Positions 54,407 to 64,000 of a stretch of 64,000 bases of DNA are shown in pieces. This stretch comes from Pseudomonadales bacterium (GTDB lineage Bacteria > Pseudomonadota > Gammaproteobacteria > Pseudomonadales > GM7GCV1). Position numbers and translations under genes: made by a program. The notes under the pieces are model-generated. The model saw nothing but the letters and a program-made list of their open reading frames with translations. It was not told the DNA's origin and searched no databases. Every line of letters begins with the position of its first letter. Position 1 is the first letter of the stretch. The stretch is from contig CBFICI010000001.1 of assembly GCA_965661125.1 (NCBI GenBank), positions 536,850 through 600,849 on the forward strand, in the 5' to 3' direction.

Positions 54407-55512
54407 CAGGGCGTCATTGAGTCACGCAGTCGATACTGCAATATTGTTGCTCCACCGGACTGTTCTTCCGAGCGAAGCGGTACCTCTGCCAGCATGGGCA
54501 GCCGGCGCAGACCCTGCTGCAATTGCGAAAGGCCAGACTGAAACTGAAGCTGAAATTGCATGCCGGTTTCATCCACCCTGAGCAAACGCAGCTCGTCTAC
54601 CTGGTCAATGCTTTCCAGTCGGCTTTTCAGCTGCAAATAGGTTTCAAAGGTATCCACGCCCTCAATCAGGAGCTGTACCTGATTATTTGAACTGGCCAGA
54701 GCAACAAACGCGCTGGCCAGGCTTAGCTCGTCGGCATAATCATCCATCAGTGCAAGCAGGTCGCCCATGCTCACCATTTGCGCCTGCGCCTGCTGCGACA
54801 GGCCTACCCCACTTAGCACATCAAGTTGGATATGTGGGCCATCCGGTTGCGGCGACACCTGTATCAGGGCGATACGCTCAACCTGACTCATCTCGGCAAC
54901 AACCTGCAGCGCAAGCTGGTCCAGTTCGGACGCCGCGCGAGGGGAGACTCCCAAATTTTCGATTTGCTGCTGAGACAACAGCATCAGCGGCACACCACGA
55001 CTCCAGGACCAGTGATCCAACTCGGCGTATATCGCCGGCCAGCGTTCTCGACCGATCAACCAGGGGCGACCTCCCAGATGACTGACCACCAGCACAAGAG
55101 TTTGCGGCCGCAATGCCGGCCATTGGGGTAGTTCAAATTGACGCAACAGTGACTGAACCTGCTCTTGCGGAAAACGCATGTACAGAGCCGCGGTTTCTTC
55201 ACTGCCTATGCCGCTGGCAGATGCCCTCTGTACCTGCCGGATACCAAACTCTGATACAAGTTGAGGTGCCTCTGCGAGAGCTGATTCCAGGCCTTCAAAT
55301 TCTGCGGTTCTGCTGTAACCGGATATTTTTACCAGTACATCCGCCAACCCCTTCTGCAGCGCCAGGCTCTGCACTTCCGGTGCGGCACTGTCGATGGGAA
55401 CCAGCGCCTCGAATAAATGATCGACACGCTCGGCGGCCACAAGCCGGGCAGGCAACAGGCAGCACACCAACAGGCAAGCCAGAATTCGAAGCGGTTGGGG
55501 AATCAGATTCAT
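54406..55512 (-). CDS. DUF2066-family secreted protein
   Basis: The preferred start (MNLIPQPLRILACLLVCCLLPARLVAA) gives a signal peptide. Its position between hda and purM is characteristic. The track start at 55626 overlaps purM and is unlikely. Confidence 0.65.
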   Translation of the reverse strand: MNLIPQPLRILACLLVCCLLPARLVAAERVDHLFEALVPIDSAAPEVQSLALQKGLADVLVKISGYSRTAEFEGLESALAEAPQLVSEFGIRQVQRASASGIGSEETAALYMRFPQEQVQSLLRQFELPQWPALRPQTLVLVVSHLGGRPWLIGRERWPAIYAELDHWSWSRGVPLMLLSQQQIENLGVSPRAASELDQLALQVVAEMSQVERIALIQVSPQPDGPHIQLDVLSGVGLSQQAQAQMVSMGDLLALMDDYADELSLASAFVALASSNNQVQLLIEGVDTFETYLQLKSRLESIDQVDELRLLRVDETGMQFQLQFQSGLSQLQQGLRRLPMLAEVPLRSEEQSGGATILQYRLRDSMTP

Positions 55513-55604
55513 GGGTGGCAGTTTACACCAGCTGAAGCTCCTTTCAGGCCCACAATTGCCCAACAAATGAGGTAAAATGCCGCCCCCGCAGAAGAGTCCC
55601 ATGC

Positions 55605-56651
55605 ATGTCGAGCAGTAAAGCCCCACTCACATACAAAGATGCCGGTGTCGACATTGACGCTGGCGATGCCCTGGTACAGCGAATCAAGTCGGTGACGCGC
55701 CGCACAAGCCGCCCGGAAGTTCTCGGCGGCCTGGGCGGTTTCGGAGGCGCATTCGCACTTCCCACAGGGTACGACGAGCCCGTACTGGTCTCTGGCACAG
55801 ACGGTGTTGGCACAAAACTCAAGCTGGCGATGGACCTCAACGACCATTCCACTATCGGCATCGATCTGGTTGCCATGTGTGTCAACGACCTGGTAGTTAC
55901 CGGTGCCGAGCCACTCTTTTTTCTCGACTACTACGCTACCGGCAAACTTTCGGTAGACACCGCCTCCGACGTAATTACCGGGATTGGTCGCGGCTGCGAA
56001 ATGGCAGGCTGTGCCCTGATCGGCGGAGAGACAGCGGAAATGCCGGGCATGTACGAGGGCGAAGACTACGACCTTGCCGGCTTTTGTGTTGGCATCGTTG
56101 AAAAGTCGAAAATGATCAGCGGCAATGCAGTTCAGGCCGGCGACACAATCATTGCCCTTCGCTCAAGCGGTGTGCATTCAAACGGGTTCTCGCTGGTACG
56201 CAAAATTATTGAGCGCGCTGGCGTCGACCCATCCAGCCATATGCTTGAAGGCGAACTGCTGGGTAAATTATTGCTAGAACCCACTCGTATTTACGTAACC
56301 AGTGTGCTCCAACTGGTTCGCAGTTTGCCGGTAAACGCCCTGGCGCACATTACCGGCGGCGGCATTAGCGACAATTTGCCGCGCGTTTTTGCTGAAAACC
56401 TGGCAGCCGAAATCGACCTTTCCAGCTGGCAATTCTCGCCTCTCTTTGATTGGCTGCAGCAGGAAGGCCAAATTGAACAGCAGGAGATGCTGCGCACCTT
56501 CAATTGTGGAGCAGGCATGTGCATTATCCTGCCCGAGGAAGTGGCTGAAGACGCCATAGACCTGCTCGCCAGTATTGGCGAAGATGCCTGGGTAATCGGT
56601 CAGGTGCGTGCTCGAAGTGGCGATGAACCATCGGTCTGCTATGTTGGCTGA
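55605..56651 (+). CDS. purM: Phosphoribosylformylglycinamidine cyclo-ligase (AIR synthetase)
   Basis: 348 aa. [19 protein letters not shown] and GGETAEMPG. Confidence 0.95.
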   Translation: MSSSKAPLTYKDAGVDIDAGDALVQRIKSVTRRTSRPEVLGGLGGFGGAFALPTGYDEPVLVSGTDGVGTKLKLAMDLNDHSTIGIDLVAMCVNDLVVTGAEPLFFLDYYATGKLSVDTASDVITGIGRGCEMAGCALIGGETAEMPGMYEGEDYDLAGFCVGIVEKSKMISGNAVQAGDTIIALRSSGVHSNGFSLVRKIIERAGVDPSSHMLEGELLGKLLLEPTRIYVTSVLQLVRSLPVNALAHITGGGISDNLPRVFAENLAAEIDLSSWQFSPLFDWLQQEGQIEQQEMLRTFNCGAGMCIILPEEVAEDAIDLLASIGEDAWVIGQVRARSGDEPSVCYVG

Positions 56652-57303
56652 AACAGCTGTTGTGCGAATTGCCGTTCTGATCAGTGGCTCCGGCTCCAAT
56701 CTTCAAGCCATCATCGATGCCAAAGCAGCCAATCTGATTCCGGCCGAGCTTGCACTGGTTCTCAGTAATGAGCCGCAAGCGTATGGCCTGACCAGGGCGC
56801 AACAGGCCGGAATAGAAACACAGGTGCTTGACCACCGGGACTATCCCAACCGGGAAGCCTACGATGCGGCACTGAAACACGCGCTGGCGCATCACGAAAT
56901 CGATTTCGTCGTGCTTGCCGGCTTTATGCGCATACTCAGTCAGGAGTTTGTGCAGGCTTACGCCGGGCGTATGCTGAATATTCACCCCTCCCTGCTTCCA
57001 AAATATCCCGGTTTGCATACCCACCGCCGCGCCATCGAATCGGGCGACACTGTGCATGGCGCCACAGTACACTTTGTGACGTCCGACCTGGATATGGGCC
57101 CGCCAGTGATTCAGGGAAAGCTGGCTATTGAACCAGGAGAATCGGAGCAAAGTCTGTCCAAACGGGTACTGGAGAGCATCGAGCACCAGATTTATCCGGT
57201 TGCAGTAAAGTGGCTGGCCGAGGGGCGTATTACCAGCGAAGACGGACAGGCCTTTTTCGACCGGGAACCTTTGCCTCCGGGCGGAATCAAATGGGAAGCA
57301 TGA
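56641..57303 (+). CDS. purN: Phosphoribosylglycinamide formyltransferase
   Basis: [32 protein letters not shown] and HFV...D.GP. Confidence 0.95.
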   Translation: MLAETAVVRIAVLISGSGSNLQAIIDAKAANLIPAELALVLSNEPQAYGLTRAQQAGIETQVLDHRDYPNREAYDAALKHALAHHEIDFVVLAGFMRILSQEFVQAYAGRMLNIHPSLLPKYPGLHTHRRAIESGDTVHGATVHFVTSDLDMGPPVIQGKLAIEPGESEQSLSKRVLESIEHQIYPVAVKWLAEGRITSEDGQAFFDREPLPPGGIKWEA

Positions 57304-58001
57304 AAACGCTTAAGCCACACTGCCCCTCCAAATTCGTTCGTCGGTTTACCGCCGCACTGCTGCTGCTTTGCCTGCCCGCGCTGGCACAGCAAACCCTGTT
57401 CGACATCCAGTACAAAACCCGCATCGAAGGCATTCCAATCACCACCGACCGAAGCGTTGTGCAGCTTCAAGATGGAACCTACGAATACCGCATGCGTTCG
57501 TCCAATTTCCTTGCCCGGTTCGAGGAGACAAGCCATTTTCGCATCGCAGCCAACGGCATGCTGCAGCCCCTCAGAAACGTGAGCGAGCGCAAGGTGTTTG
57601 GCATTAGCAGCAAAGCCACAACGGATTTTGACTGGGAAAGTGGCGTGGCAGTCTACCGGCGCAAAGACGACGTACGAGAAATTGAGATCAGCGAGGGCAT
57701 GCTGGATCGCACTCTGTATCAATATCAGCTGGAGCGCGACATGCGTTCGGGGCAGCCCGATTTAAGCTACGACATTGTCGACAAGGGGCGGGTGCGCGAC
57801 TTCAACTTCGAGAATCTGGGGGTTGAAATGCTCGATCTCGATTCACAACAGGTATCAGCCTTCAAGCTACGCCGGGTTACCGATGATAGCGAGCGCGAAA
57901 CCCTGGTATGGCTAGCCGCCGATTACGACTACGAAATCGTCAAGATATACCACCGGGAAGAAGACGATACTGAATACGTAATGACTCGAATTATTGATTA
58001 G
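57300..58001 (+). CDS. DUF3108-family outer-membrane/periplasmic protein
   Basis: ATGA overlap with the purN stop. There is a signal peptide (FTAALLLLCLPALAQQ), and the synteny after purN matches pseudomonads. Confidence 0.7.
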   Translation: MKTLKPHCPSKFVRRFTAALLLLCLPALAQQTLFDIQYKTRIEGIPITTDRSVVQLQDGTYEYRMRSSNFLARFEETSHFRIAANGMLQPLRNVSERKVFGISSKATTDFDWESGVAVYRRKDDVREIEISEGMLDRTLYQYQLERDMRSGQPDLSYDIVDKGRVRDFNFENLGVEMLDLDSQQVSAFKLRRVTDDSERETLVWLAADYDYEIVKIYHREEDDTEYVMTRIID

Positions 58002-58037
58002 AATTCAATACTTTAAAATCAATACTTAATATCACTT

Positions 58038-58604
58038 CTAGGTTTTCGGTAGGGTCACTCCCGTCTGCCCCTGGTACTTGCCACCACGATCGCGATAACT
58101 GGTTTCGCACACTTCATCTGATTCAAAAAACAGCATCTGCGCGACGCCTTCGTTGGCATAGATTTTTGCCGGCAAATTGGTGGTATTGGAAAACTCCAGG
58201 GTCACATGCCCTTCCCACTCGGGTTCCAGCGGCGTCACATTAACGATAATGCCGCAGCGAGCGTAGGTTGATTTGCCCAGGCAAATAGTCAATACGCTGC
58301 GCGGTATACGAAAATACTCCACCGTGCGCGCCAGGGCGAAAGAATTGGGTGGAATGACGCAATAATCGTCTGTGATATCAACAAAGCTGTTGGGATCAAA
58401 GTTCTTCGGGTCGACTGTCGCCGAGTGCACATTGGTGAAAATCTTGAATTCGCTAGAGCAGCGCACATCGTAGCCGTAGCTGGAAGTGCCGTAGGAGATG
58501 ATTCTGCCCTTTTCATTCTCCCGCACCTGACCCGCCTCAAACGGTTCGATCATTCCTTCTTCTTGCGCCATACGACGTATCCAGCGGTCTGACTTAATAC
58601 TCAC
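58038..58604 (-). CDS. dcd: dCTP deaminase
   Basis: 188 aa. [13 protein letters not shown]... and the strongly conserved Dcd sequence throughout. Confidence 0.95.
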   Translation of the reverse strand: MSIKSDRWIRRMAQEEGMIEPFEAGQVRENEKGRIISYGTSSYGYDVRCSSEFKIFTNVHSATVDPKNFDPNSFVDITDDYCVIPPNSFALARTVEYFRIPRSVLTICLGKSTYARCGIIVNVTPLEPEWEGHVTLEFSNTTNLPAKIYANEGVAQMLFFESDEVCETSYRDRGGKYQGQTGVTLPKT

Positions 58605-58615
58605 CCTGCTTCCTC

Positions 58616-59437
58616 TTATTCGATACTTATATTAACTTCATCATCACTTTTGTCGCTGAACAACTCGTCCGCCACCTTGCGAGCCATCTCCCGGTAACTT
58701 GCCGCAATCTCCCCTTCCGGTGACTTCACCAGCGTGGGTACGCCGTCGTCGAGATCTTGCCGAATGCGGATGTCCAGCGGCAATGAGCCAAGAACCGGCA
58801 CATCATACTTCTGCGCCATCATTTCGCCACCGCCTGTGCCAAAAACATGCTCCTTGTGCCCACACTGGGAACAGATATGAATGGCCATGTTTTCCACAAC
58901 ACCAAGCACCGGCACACGCACCTTGCGGAACATTTCCACACCCTTAACTGCATCCAGCAGCGCAATATCCTGCGGTGTGGTTACGATAATCGCTCCGTCC
59001 AGTGGCACCCGCTGGGCAAGTGTCAGCTGGATATCACCCGTACCGGGCGGCATATCCACCACCAGTACGTCCAGGTCGTGCCAAAGTGTTTGTCCAATCA
59101 TTTGCTGCAAGGCGTTGGATGCCATCGGGCCGCGCCACACCATTGGCGTATCAGCGGTTGAAAGATTGCCCATGGAAAGAGTCTGAAGCCCGTGGGCGAG
59201 CACCGGTGCAAAGCGGTTTCCTCCCACCACTTCGGGGCGGGTTTCCTCGTCTACCCCCAACATACTGGGGAGGCTCGGGCCGTATATGTCCGCATCCAGC
59301 AGGCCGGCTGCAAAGCCTTCGGCCTGCAGCGCCAATGCCAGATTGACTGACGTAGTGGATTTGCCCACACCACCCTTACCCGATGCGACCGCGATAACCT
59401 TTTTCACTCCGGGAATTTCGAGCTGGTTTTCACTCAT
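58616..59437 (-). CDS. apbC: Fe-S cluster carrier ATPase (Mrp/ApbC/NBP35 family)
   Basis: 273 aa. Deviant Walker A ([10 protein letters not shown]) and CxxC (CSQCGH). Confidence 0.92.
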   Translation of the reverse strand: MSENQLEIPGVKKVIAVASGKGGVGKSTTSVNLALALQAEGFAAGLLDADIYGPSLPSMLGVDEETRPEVVGGNRFAPVLAHGLQTLSMGNLSTADTPMVWRGPMASNALQQMIGQTLWHDLDVLVVDMPPGTGDIQLTLAQRVPLDGAIIVTTPQDIALLDAVKGVEMFRKVRVPVLGVVENMAIHICSQCGHKEHVFGTGGGEMMAQKYDVPVLGSLPLDIRIRQDLDDGVPTLVKSPEGEIAASYREMARKVADELFSDKSDDEVNISIE

Positions 59438-59506
59438 CTGTTTTTACTTCTCCAGAAATAAAAGTGCCGGCATAGCGCCGGCACCTGGTGGAACAGCATG
59501 GGCGAA

Positions 59507-60676
59507 TTATGACACGCCAGGCTCGGCATTTGCATTGATCACCGCACTGGAATCGGTACCGCGCTTGGCCCAAAACTGTCGCTTCACAAAAGAAACAAAG
59601 CCGGTAAATACCGTGATGGTGACAATAATACTGCCCAGGCAGATGGCAATAATGTAGGGCAGGCCCATGTTTTCGCCCGTGTGCAGAGGTCGTGACGATT
59701 CGGCAAAGTGGCGCAACGCAGTTTTATCGGCGCTTAAAAAGGTGTGCAGTGGAGTGGCACTGTATGGGTCCATATAAACGGTGGTCCAGCCGTCGGGATG
59801 CAGGTCAAGCGGAGCTTCAAAAATAAACTGCACCAGATGGTTACCCTCCTCCGGAACCATTTTATCGATCTTGGTCAACTGGTAGTGCTCTGGCACTTGC
59901 GAAGCCGCGGCATATACCATCTCGGAGAGTGGCCGCATCGGCGCATCCTGAGGTGGGTTTTCCGGCCGATAGCTCTCGGCGGCAGTTTGCTCGGGCCCAT
60001 CAATGGCGCGCACCACATTCATAAAATCACCGCGAATACCAAGGTAGACGCCGGTAATGGTCAGCAACATCAAGAAGGCAATGGCTATTAGCCCTCCGGT
60101 CATATGGTTGAGCAACAATCGACTGTAGTGAACACCCCGGGGCCAAAGGGTGTCGCGCCAGATAAATGCCTTGCGGAAAGGCCACCAGACAATAATGCCC
60201 AACAAAGCGATGACAATGCCTGCAATTCCAATATAGGCAACCAGGGCAAGCGAGCCCCAGATAAGCCGGAAATGCAGTGCTCGAACCGCCCCCATGATGC
60301 GGGTCCAGTTGCTCTCGTGGGATTCCTGGCTGGAATGGTAGGCAATACCGAGGGGAGCCGATTCATCCGCGGTGTAGTACATCGGCGGCCCGCCGCGGCG
60401 ACCCTGATCAACGCGGGTGGTATAGGCAGGCCAGGTTGAAGTGGGCATTTCCATCAGAAGCAGGTCTGCACCGCCCTGTTCCTGATGGATGTAATCTACC
60501 CGCTGGGCGATTTGCTCAATCGACTGGGGTTGGTACTCGTACTCCATGATGGGAGAGCTGTACTGATGCGCTGTATGATCAAGGGTAAGTATCACCCCCG
60601 AAAGCATGATCAGCCCAAACAACAGGGCGACCGCCGCGCCCACCCACCGGTGGATCCAGGAAAGCAGCTTCATCAT
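59507..60676 (-). CDS. PepSY-associated TM-helix membrane protein
   Basis: 389 aa. Four TM helices with large periplasmic loops. The N-terminus (LHRWVGAAVALLFGLIMLSG) is in the style of PepSY_TM proteins. Confidence 0.7.
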   Translation of the reverse strand: MMKLLSWIHRWVGAAVALLFGLIMLSGVILTLDHTAHQYSSPIMEYEYQPQSIEQIAQRVDYIHQEQGGADLLLMEMPTSTWPAYTTRVDQGRRGGPPMYYTADESAPLGIAYHSSQESHESNWTRIMGAVRALHFRLIWGSLALVAYIGIAGIVIALLGIIVWWPFRKAFIWRDTLWPRGVHYSRLLLNHMTGGLIAIAFLMLLTITGVYLGIRGDFMNVVRAIDGPEQTAAESYRPENPPQDAPMRPLSEMVYAAASQVPEHYQLTKIDKMVPEEGNHLVQFIFEAPLDLHPDGWTTVYMDPYSATPLHTFLSADKTALRHFAESSRPLHTGENMGLPYIIAICLGSIIVTITVFTGFVSFVKRQFWAKRGTDSSAVINANAEPGVS

Positions 60677-60931
60677 GGAAAGTTAACCCCTTAACTAATT
60701 ATTAGGTGGATTTCACCATGACAGCCCGGCCAGGTTTTGCAACCTGACAAAGCTGACATAATTGAGTGGCACTATTTTGCGCAAAAACTTGCCCGAACAC
60801 CAAATGAATCGCCAGCCGGATCAGATAGTGCAGACTTGTGTTAAGGCGGTTGACAGACCAGCCATGCAAAAGCTACAAAGCGCGCGGGGATTGATGGCCG
60901 CTCGGCTGTAACTACAAAACTAGAAAGAACA

Positions 60932-61054
60932 ATGACCTTGAAAGAAATGCTGGCCAATCTGAAAACACGCGAATTCTGGCACCACCCTGCAACTGTACTT
61001 GTCATTTCGCTGGTGCTGATTCCGCTTATCACCTACTGGACGATTTTCGTTTAG
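60932..61054 (+). CDS. Possible 40-aa single-TM small protein
   Basis: My own reading: ATG at 60932, MTLKEMLANLKTREFWHHPATVLVISLVLIPLITYWTIFV, then a stop. It is preceded by TTGACA-N18-TACAAA (60849-60878). The SD is weak. It is too short for the ORF track. Confidence 0.25.
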   Translation: MTLKEMLANLKTREFWHHPATVLVISLVLIPLITYWTIFV

Positions 61055-61091
61055 GCGCGCTCAGTGCCACCCTGCAGCTAATTGCTGGCCC

Positions 61092-62147
61092 TCAGAAGTT
61101 GGGCCAGCTGCCATCCGCTCTGGGGACCAGCCACTGCCATGAAAACCAGTAAAAGTCGCCAGACCCGTCCACAGCGGGCGCTGTGCAATTGACTTTGTTG
61201 CGACCGGGAAGCGACTCGGGCAGCTTCAACTCCACTCGCCGCCCTTCCAGCAAGGGTGCCAATGGTATGCCACTGCTGCTAAAGCAGTTCAGCTGACTGT
61301 CGCGAAAACCCTGTCCGCTCAGCCGAAATGTCAGGCTGGAATACTCCGCATCCGACCTCAGATCGGCTACCTGTAGAGGCCGCGTATCCAGGGCCATCTC
61401 AAGCCGTTCCATGCTGGCAAAGCCTGTGGCCATAGGAAACCTTGGCAGCCGCTGCGGGTTCTGCGAAACGCCGATAGCCCCGGACTGCTGCTTCAAGCCG
61501 TAAAGACCTCGCTGCGCCACCATTTGCTCGACCCAGCGGTTGGATTCCCCGAATGGATAGGCGAAGCTGGTTACATTCAGCCCCGTTTCCGCTTCCAATC
61601 GCTCGATATTGGTGTCGATCTCCCGCGCAACCCGATGTTGCCAGTCGAGGTCGGATTCACCCGCTTGCTGCCTGGCCAACCAGTCATGTGAGTGAGAATG
61701 TCCACCCAGTTCGGCCCCGTTGCCCAGCATTTCGTGCAAGTTATCCCAGCTAAAAAAGTCCTGCCACTGCTGGTCCAGCGGCTGGGTGGCCACATACAGA
61801 GTGAAGGGCATATTGCGCTCACGCAGCAGTGGATAGGCAGTTTCATAAACCGAGAGATAGGCATCATCGAAGGTGATAGCCACTGCTCTGTCCGGAACCT
61901 GCGAGGGGTCGCCCTCGCCATGCAGGTGGTATAGCAACTGACTGAGGGGCACAACCTGGTAATTTTCCTGCTGAAGGTAATCCAGATGTTGCTCAAACAG
62001 GCCAGGACTAATGCTGGTTACGGGCGGTGTGTGCTCGCTGACGTGGTGATAAAGCAGTACCACAGCGTGGGGTTGCAAAACCTGCGCGCCAAGGGGCAAC
62101 GCCGCAAGCATCAACAGCGCCAGAAGGGCTACTGCCCTTTTGCTCAT
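61092..62147 (-). CDS. Polysaccharide deacetylase (NodB/PgaB-N-like) family protein
   Basis: 351 aa with a signal peptide, the NodB motif ITFDDAY and a His-rich motif (GGHSHSHDW). Confidence 0.8.
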   Translation of the reverse strand: MSKRAVALLALLMLAALPLGAQVLQPHAVVLLYHHVSEHTPPVTSISPGLFEQHLDYLQQENYQVVPLSQLLYHLHGEGDPSQVPDRAVAITFDDAYLSVYETAYPLLRERNMPFTLYVATQPLDQQWQDFFSWDNLHEMLGNGAELGGHSHSHDWLARQQAGESDLDWQHRVAREIDTNIERLEAETGLNVTSFAYPFGESNRWVEQMVAQRGLYGLKQQSGAIGVSQNPQRLPRFPMATGFASMERLEMALDTRPLQVADLRSDAEYSSLTFRLSGQGFRDSQLNCFSSSGIPLAPLLEGRRVELKLPESLPGRNKVNCTAPAVDGSGDFYWFSWQWLVPRADGSWPNF

Positions 62148-62956
62148 TGTTGCCCTTGTCTCTGCTGCTGAAAGGTGTGGTACTGGCGAATCATGCTCTT
62201 TACCTCTTCCACATAGGCCTCACGGCGCTGCGAATAGCGAAGCAATCCGTCGGCCAGTTGCTCGGCATCCAACGATTCGCCGGCTGCCCTCATACCTGCA
62301 CGCATCAGGCGAAGCGACTGATAAGGATCGTGGGTATTCAGGTTGTGTAAATAGGCCGCAATGGCATCGCCGACTGCGTCGAACTTTTGCACTTCATAAA
62401 TTTCTCCGGCGGGTCTTTGAGCCGGAATCAGGCCGCAACCGGCGCTGTAACACCACTGGCCGAACAGATTATTGGCCTCCCGCGCAAACCTCGAACGCCC
62501 CCAACCGGATTCCTTGGCGGCCTGCATAAGGGCAAGCGGCAAGGGTAGTTGATCAACCCGCAGCAGCATTTGTCGCAAAGAGCCCTGCGGATCTCCCTCG
62601 ACCAACTCGTATTCATAGCGACTGGCCAACTCAGTCAAGCGCTGCAGTTGCTTGCCAGCCAACTCATCACCCTGTTCCACCTTGGCCAGCATCTGCTGCA
62701 GTTCACCCCGTTGCTGCATGATGATTTCGTTCTGGTGCTGAATAATCGGCGTCAGATAGTCAAAAAATGCAGCCTTCATTTCCTGCACATCATCAATGGC
62801 GGCAAAGTCCGGCAAGGGACTTTCACTCCATTCATCCGGGCTATCAGTACTGCGCAGGAAGCTGAACACCAATACCAGCACCATCAGAGCAGCCAGGGAA
62901 AGCTCAAGGCGCCTGCGGCCGCTCAAGCCTTGCCAGCCCTGTTTAATGTCGATCAT
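62144..62956 (-). CDS. Glucosaminidase-domain (Bax/FlgJ-C-like) protein
   Basis: 270 aa with an N-terminal anchor. AAKESGWGRSRFAREANNLFG is typical of the mannosyl-glycoprotein endo-beta-N-acetylglucosaminidase fold. Confidence 0.75.
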   Translation of the reverse strand: MIDIKQGWQGLSGRRRLELSLAALMVLVLVFSFLRSTDSPDEWSESPLPDFAAIDDVQEMKAAFFDYLTPIIQHQNEIIMQQRGELQQMLAKVEQGDELAGKQLQRLTELASRYEYELVEGDPQGSLRQMLLRVDQLPLPLALMQAAKESGWGRSRFAREANNLFGQWCYSAGCGLIPAQRPAGEIYEVQKFDAVGDAIAAYLHNLNTHDPYQSLRLMRAGMRAAGESLDAEQLADGLLRYSQRREAYVEEVKSMIRQYHTFQQQRQGQQ

Positions 62957-64000
62957 GGAGTACTCCCGGGTCGAATAAGTGCCTCGACCAGTTCAGGCGT
63001 CGGGTAGCCATCCGCAACCAGCCCGCGGTCGCGCTGCAAGGCTGCCAGCGCCTGGCGAGTGGCAGGCCCCCATATGCCATCGACAGGGCCGGGGTTATAG
63101 TTCATGTCGGCAAGCACCTGCTGCAACCGGGCGATGTCTTCGTAACGCACTCCGGGCTCGTTTGACGGCTGCACCACCAAACCGGCAGCGCCGGCAATAC
63201 GGTTCGCCAGCAGGCCCACGGACAATGCGTAAGACTCCGAGCGATTCCAGCGCATGATCACTTCAAAGTTGTCGTATACCAGGAATGCCGGGCCTCCGGC
63301 GCCAGAGGGAACCAGCACGGCAGCTTCAAAATCAGCTTCGGGCAAATCGCTGCCAAAGGCTGTCTGCAAGCCCAAACTTGCCCACTCGCCCACACTTCTT
63401 GGCCGATTGAGCCCCACGGAAAAATAATCAAACTGCATCGGCAACTGAACTTCGCGCCCCCACCGCTGGCCGGCTACCCAGCCCAGGCTGGCCAGAAAGT
63501 TGGCCCCCGATGCCAATGCGTCCTGCTCGCTCGACCAAAGGTTTATCCGGCCGTCGCCGTCACCATCCAAGGCATATTTTAAATAGGAGCTGGGCATGAA
63601 TTGGGTGTGACCCACGGCCCCTGCCCAGGACCCACGCATCTGATCAACCTGCAGCTGTTCTCTGTCCATGAGGTGAAGCGCGTTGAGAAACTCTTCGGTA
63701 AAGAAGTCGCTGCGGCGCGGGTCACAGGCCAAAGTGGCCAGCGAATCAAGAGTGGGCATGGTGCCGAGATAACTGCCGAAGTTGGTCTCCAGCCCCCAGA
63801 AAGCCACCAGGTATTGCCCTGGCACGCCGTATTGGCGGGTAAGTTGATCAAGAAAGCTGCGATGCTGCAGGTAAAGTTGCCGGCCTCGCTCGATTCGTGA
63901 GGGAGTCAGCCTTGCAGCCAGATACTGCCCGAAGGTTTGTACAAATTCCGGCTGATTGCGGTCGAGCTCAACCACGCGCTCCTGTTTTTCCAGAAAAGGA
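62953..64000 (-). CDS. Lytic murein transglycosylase (MltB/SLT_2 family) with C-terminal PG_binding_1 domain. The N-terminus lies beyond the right edge.
   Basis: Catalytic region AFWGLETNFG and HTQFMPSSY. The C-terminus (LQQVLADMNYNPGPVDGIWGPATRQAL) indicates a peptidoglycan-binding domain. The frame remains open upstream of the track's GTG at 63975, through to base 64000. Confidence 0.85.
   Translation of the reverse strand, partial: PFLEKQERVVELDRNQPEFVQTFGQYLAARLTPSRIERGRQLYLQHRSFLDQLTRQYGVPGQYLVAFWGLETNFGSYLGTMPTLDSLATLACDPRRSDFFTEEFLNALHLMDREQLQVDQMRGSWAGAVGHTQFMPSSYLKYALDGDGDGRINLWSSEQDALASGANFLASLGWVAGQRWGREVQLPMQFDYFSVGLNRPRSVGEWASLGLQTAFGSDLPEADFEAAVLVPSGAGGPAFLVYDNFEVIMRWNRSESYALSVGLLANRIAGAAGLVVQPSNEPGVRYEDIARLQQVLADMNYNPGPVDGIWGPATRQALAALQRDRGLVADGYPTPELVEALIRPGSTP

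Noticed and set aside
60686-60712. AT-rich near-palindrome (ctaataattag) upstream of the PepSY gene, as a possible Fur box
   Set aside because: Only loose resemblance to GATAATGATAATCATTATC. I could not align more than scattered positions by eye, so it is too weak to report as a site.

Overview
This 64-kb window looks like core chromosome from a moderately GC-rich, probably marine or pseudomonad-like, gammaproteobacterium. That judgement rests on gene content and synteny read by eye. I ran no searches, so every family call comes from motifs I recognise in the translations. Coding density is high and most genes are on the minus strand.

Recognisable blocks, left to right:
- An Opp/Dpp/Yej-type peptide ABC importer whose ATPase is cut by the left edge, then msrA.
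- A translationally coupled vWA-like / membrane J-domain pair.
- A tRNA-Arg(CCT) locus preceded by an odd 175-bp tandem array.
- SulP-Usp, glutaredoxin, MAPEG and YaiI genes, then a periplasmic trypsin-like protease paired with a membrane FHA protein.
- rluE.
- A tightly coupled seven-gene lipid-modification operon (FAD oxidoreductase, DUF1365, CFA-synthase-like methyltransferase, chalcone-isomerase-like, MFS, DUF3833, SDR). It sits directly downstream of an OmpR-type two-component system.
- rsmE, a CoA-transferase and a Tat/lipoprotein PhoD phosphatase.
- tRNA-Ser(GGA), embedded in degenerate copies of its own 3' end.
- A multiply disrupted membrane class III nucleotidyl cyclase carrying an 8-nt repeat tract.
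- queF plus an ABC-2 exporter.
- The classical fnr/anr - hemN - ccoS/I/H/G - ccoPQON oxygen-limitation block, with FNR-type boxes.
- pepF, a stand-alone PPTase and an islet of uncharacterised secreted proteins.
- tRNA-Glu and tRNA-Gly.
- msrB, hda, DUF2066, purMN, DUF3108, dcd and apbC.
- A PepSY membrane protein and a cell-wall trio (deacetylase, glucosaminidase, MltB-like, cut by the right edge).

I saw no CRISPR array, transposase, integrase, prophage or recognisable defence system.

The most unusual signals are:
1. The promoter-bearing chimeric tRNA-fragment/structured-body units upstream of tRNA-Arg.
2. The protease-FHA and vWA-J-domain pairs.
3. The furan-fatty-acid-like operon in a non-canonical regulatory context.
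4. The decayed cyclase with a slippage-prone octamer tract.
5. FNR boxes that extend the predicted regulon to a DUF3365 haem protein and a Yip1 protein.

None of these is proven. Each needs homology searches and/or transcript data.
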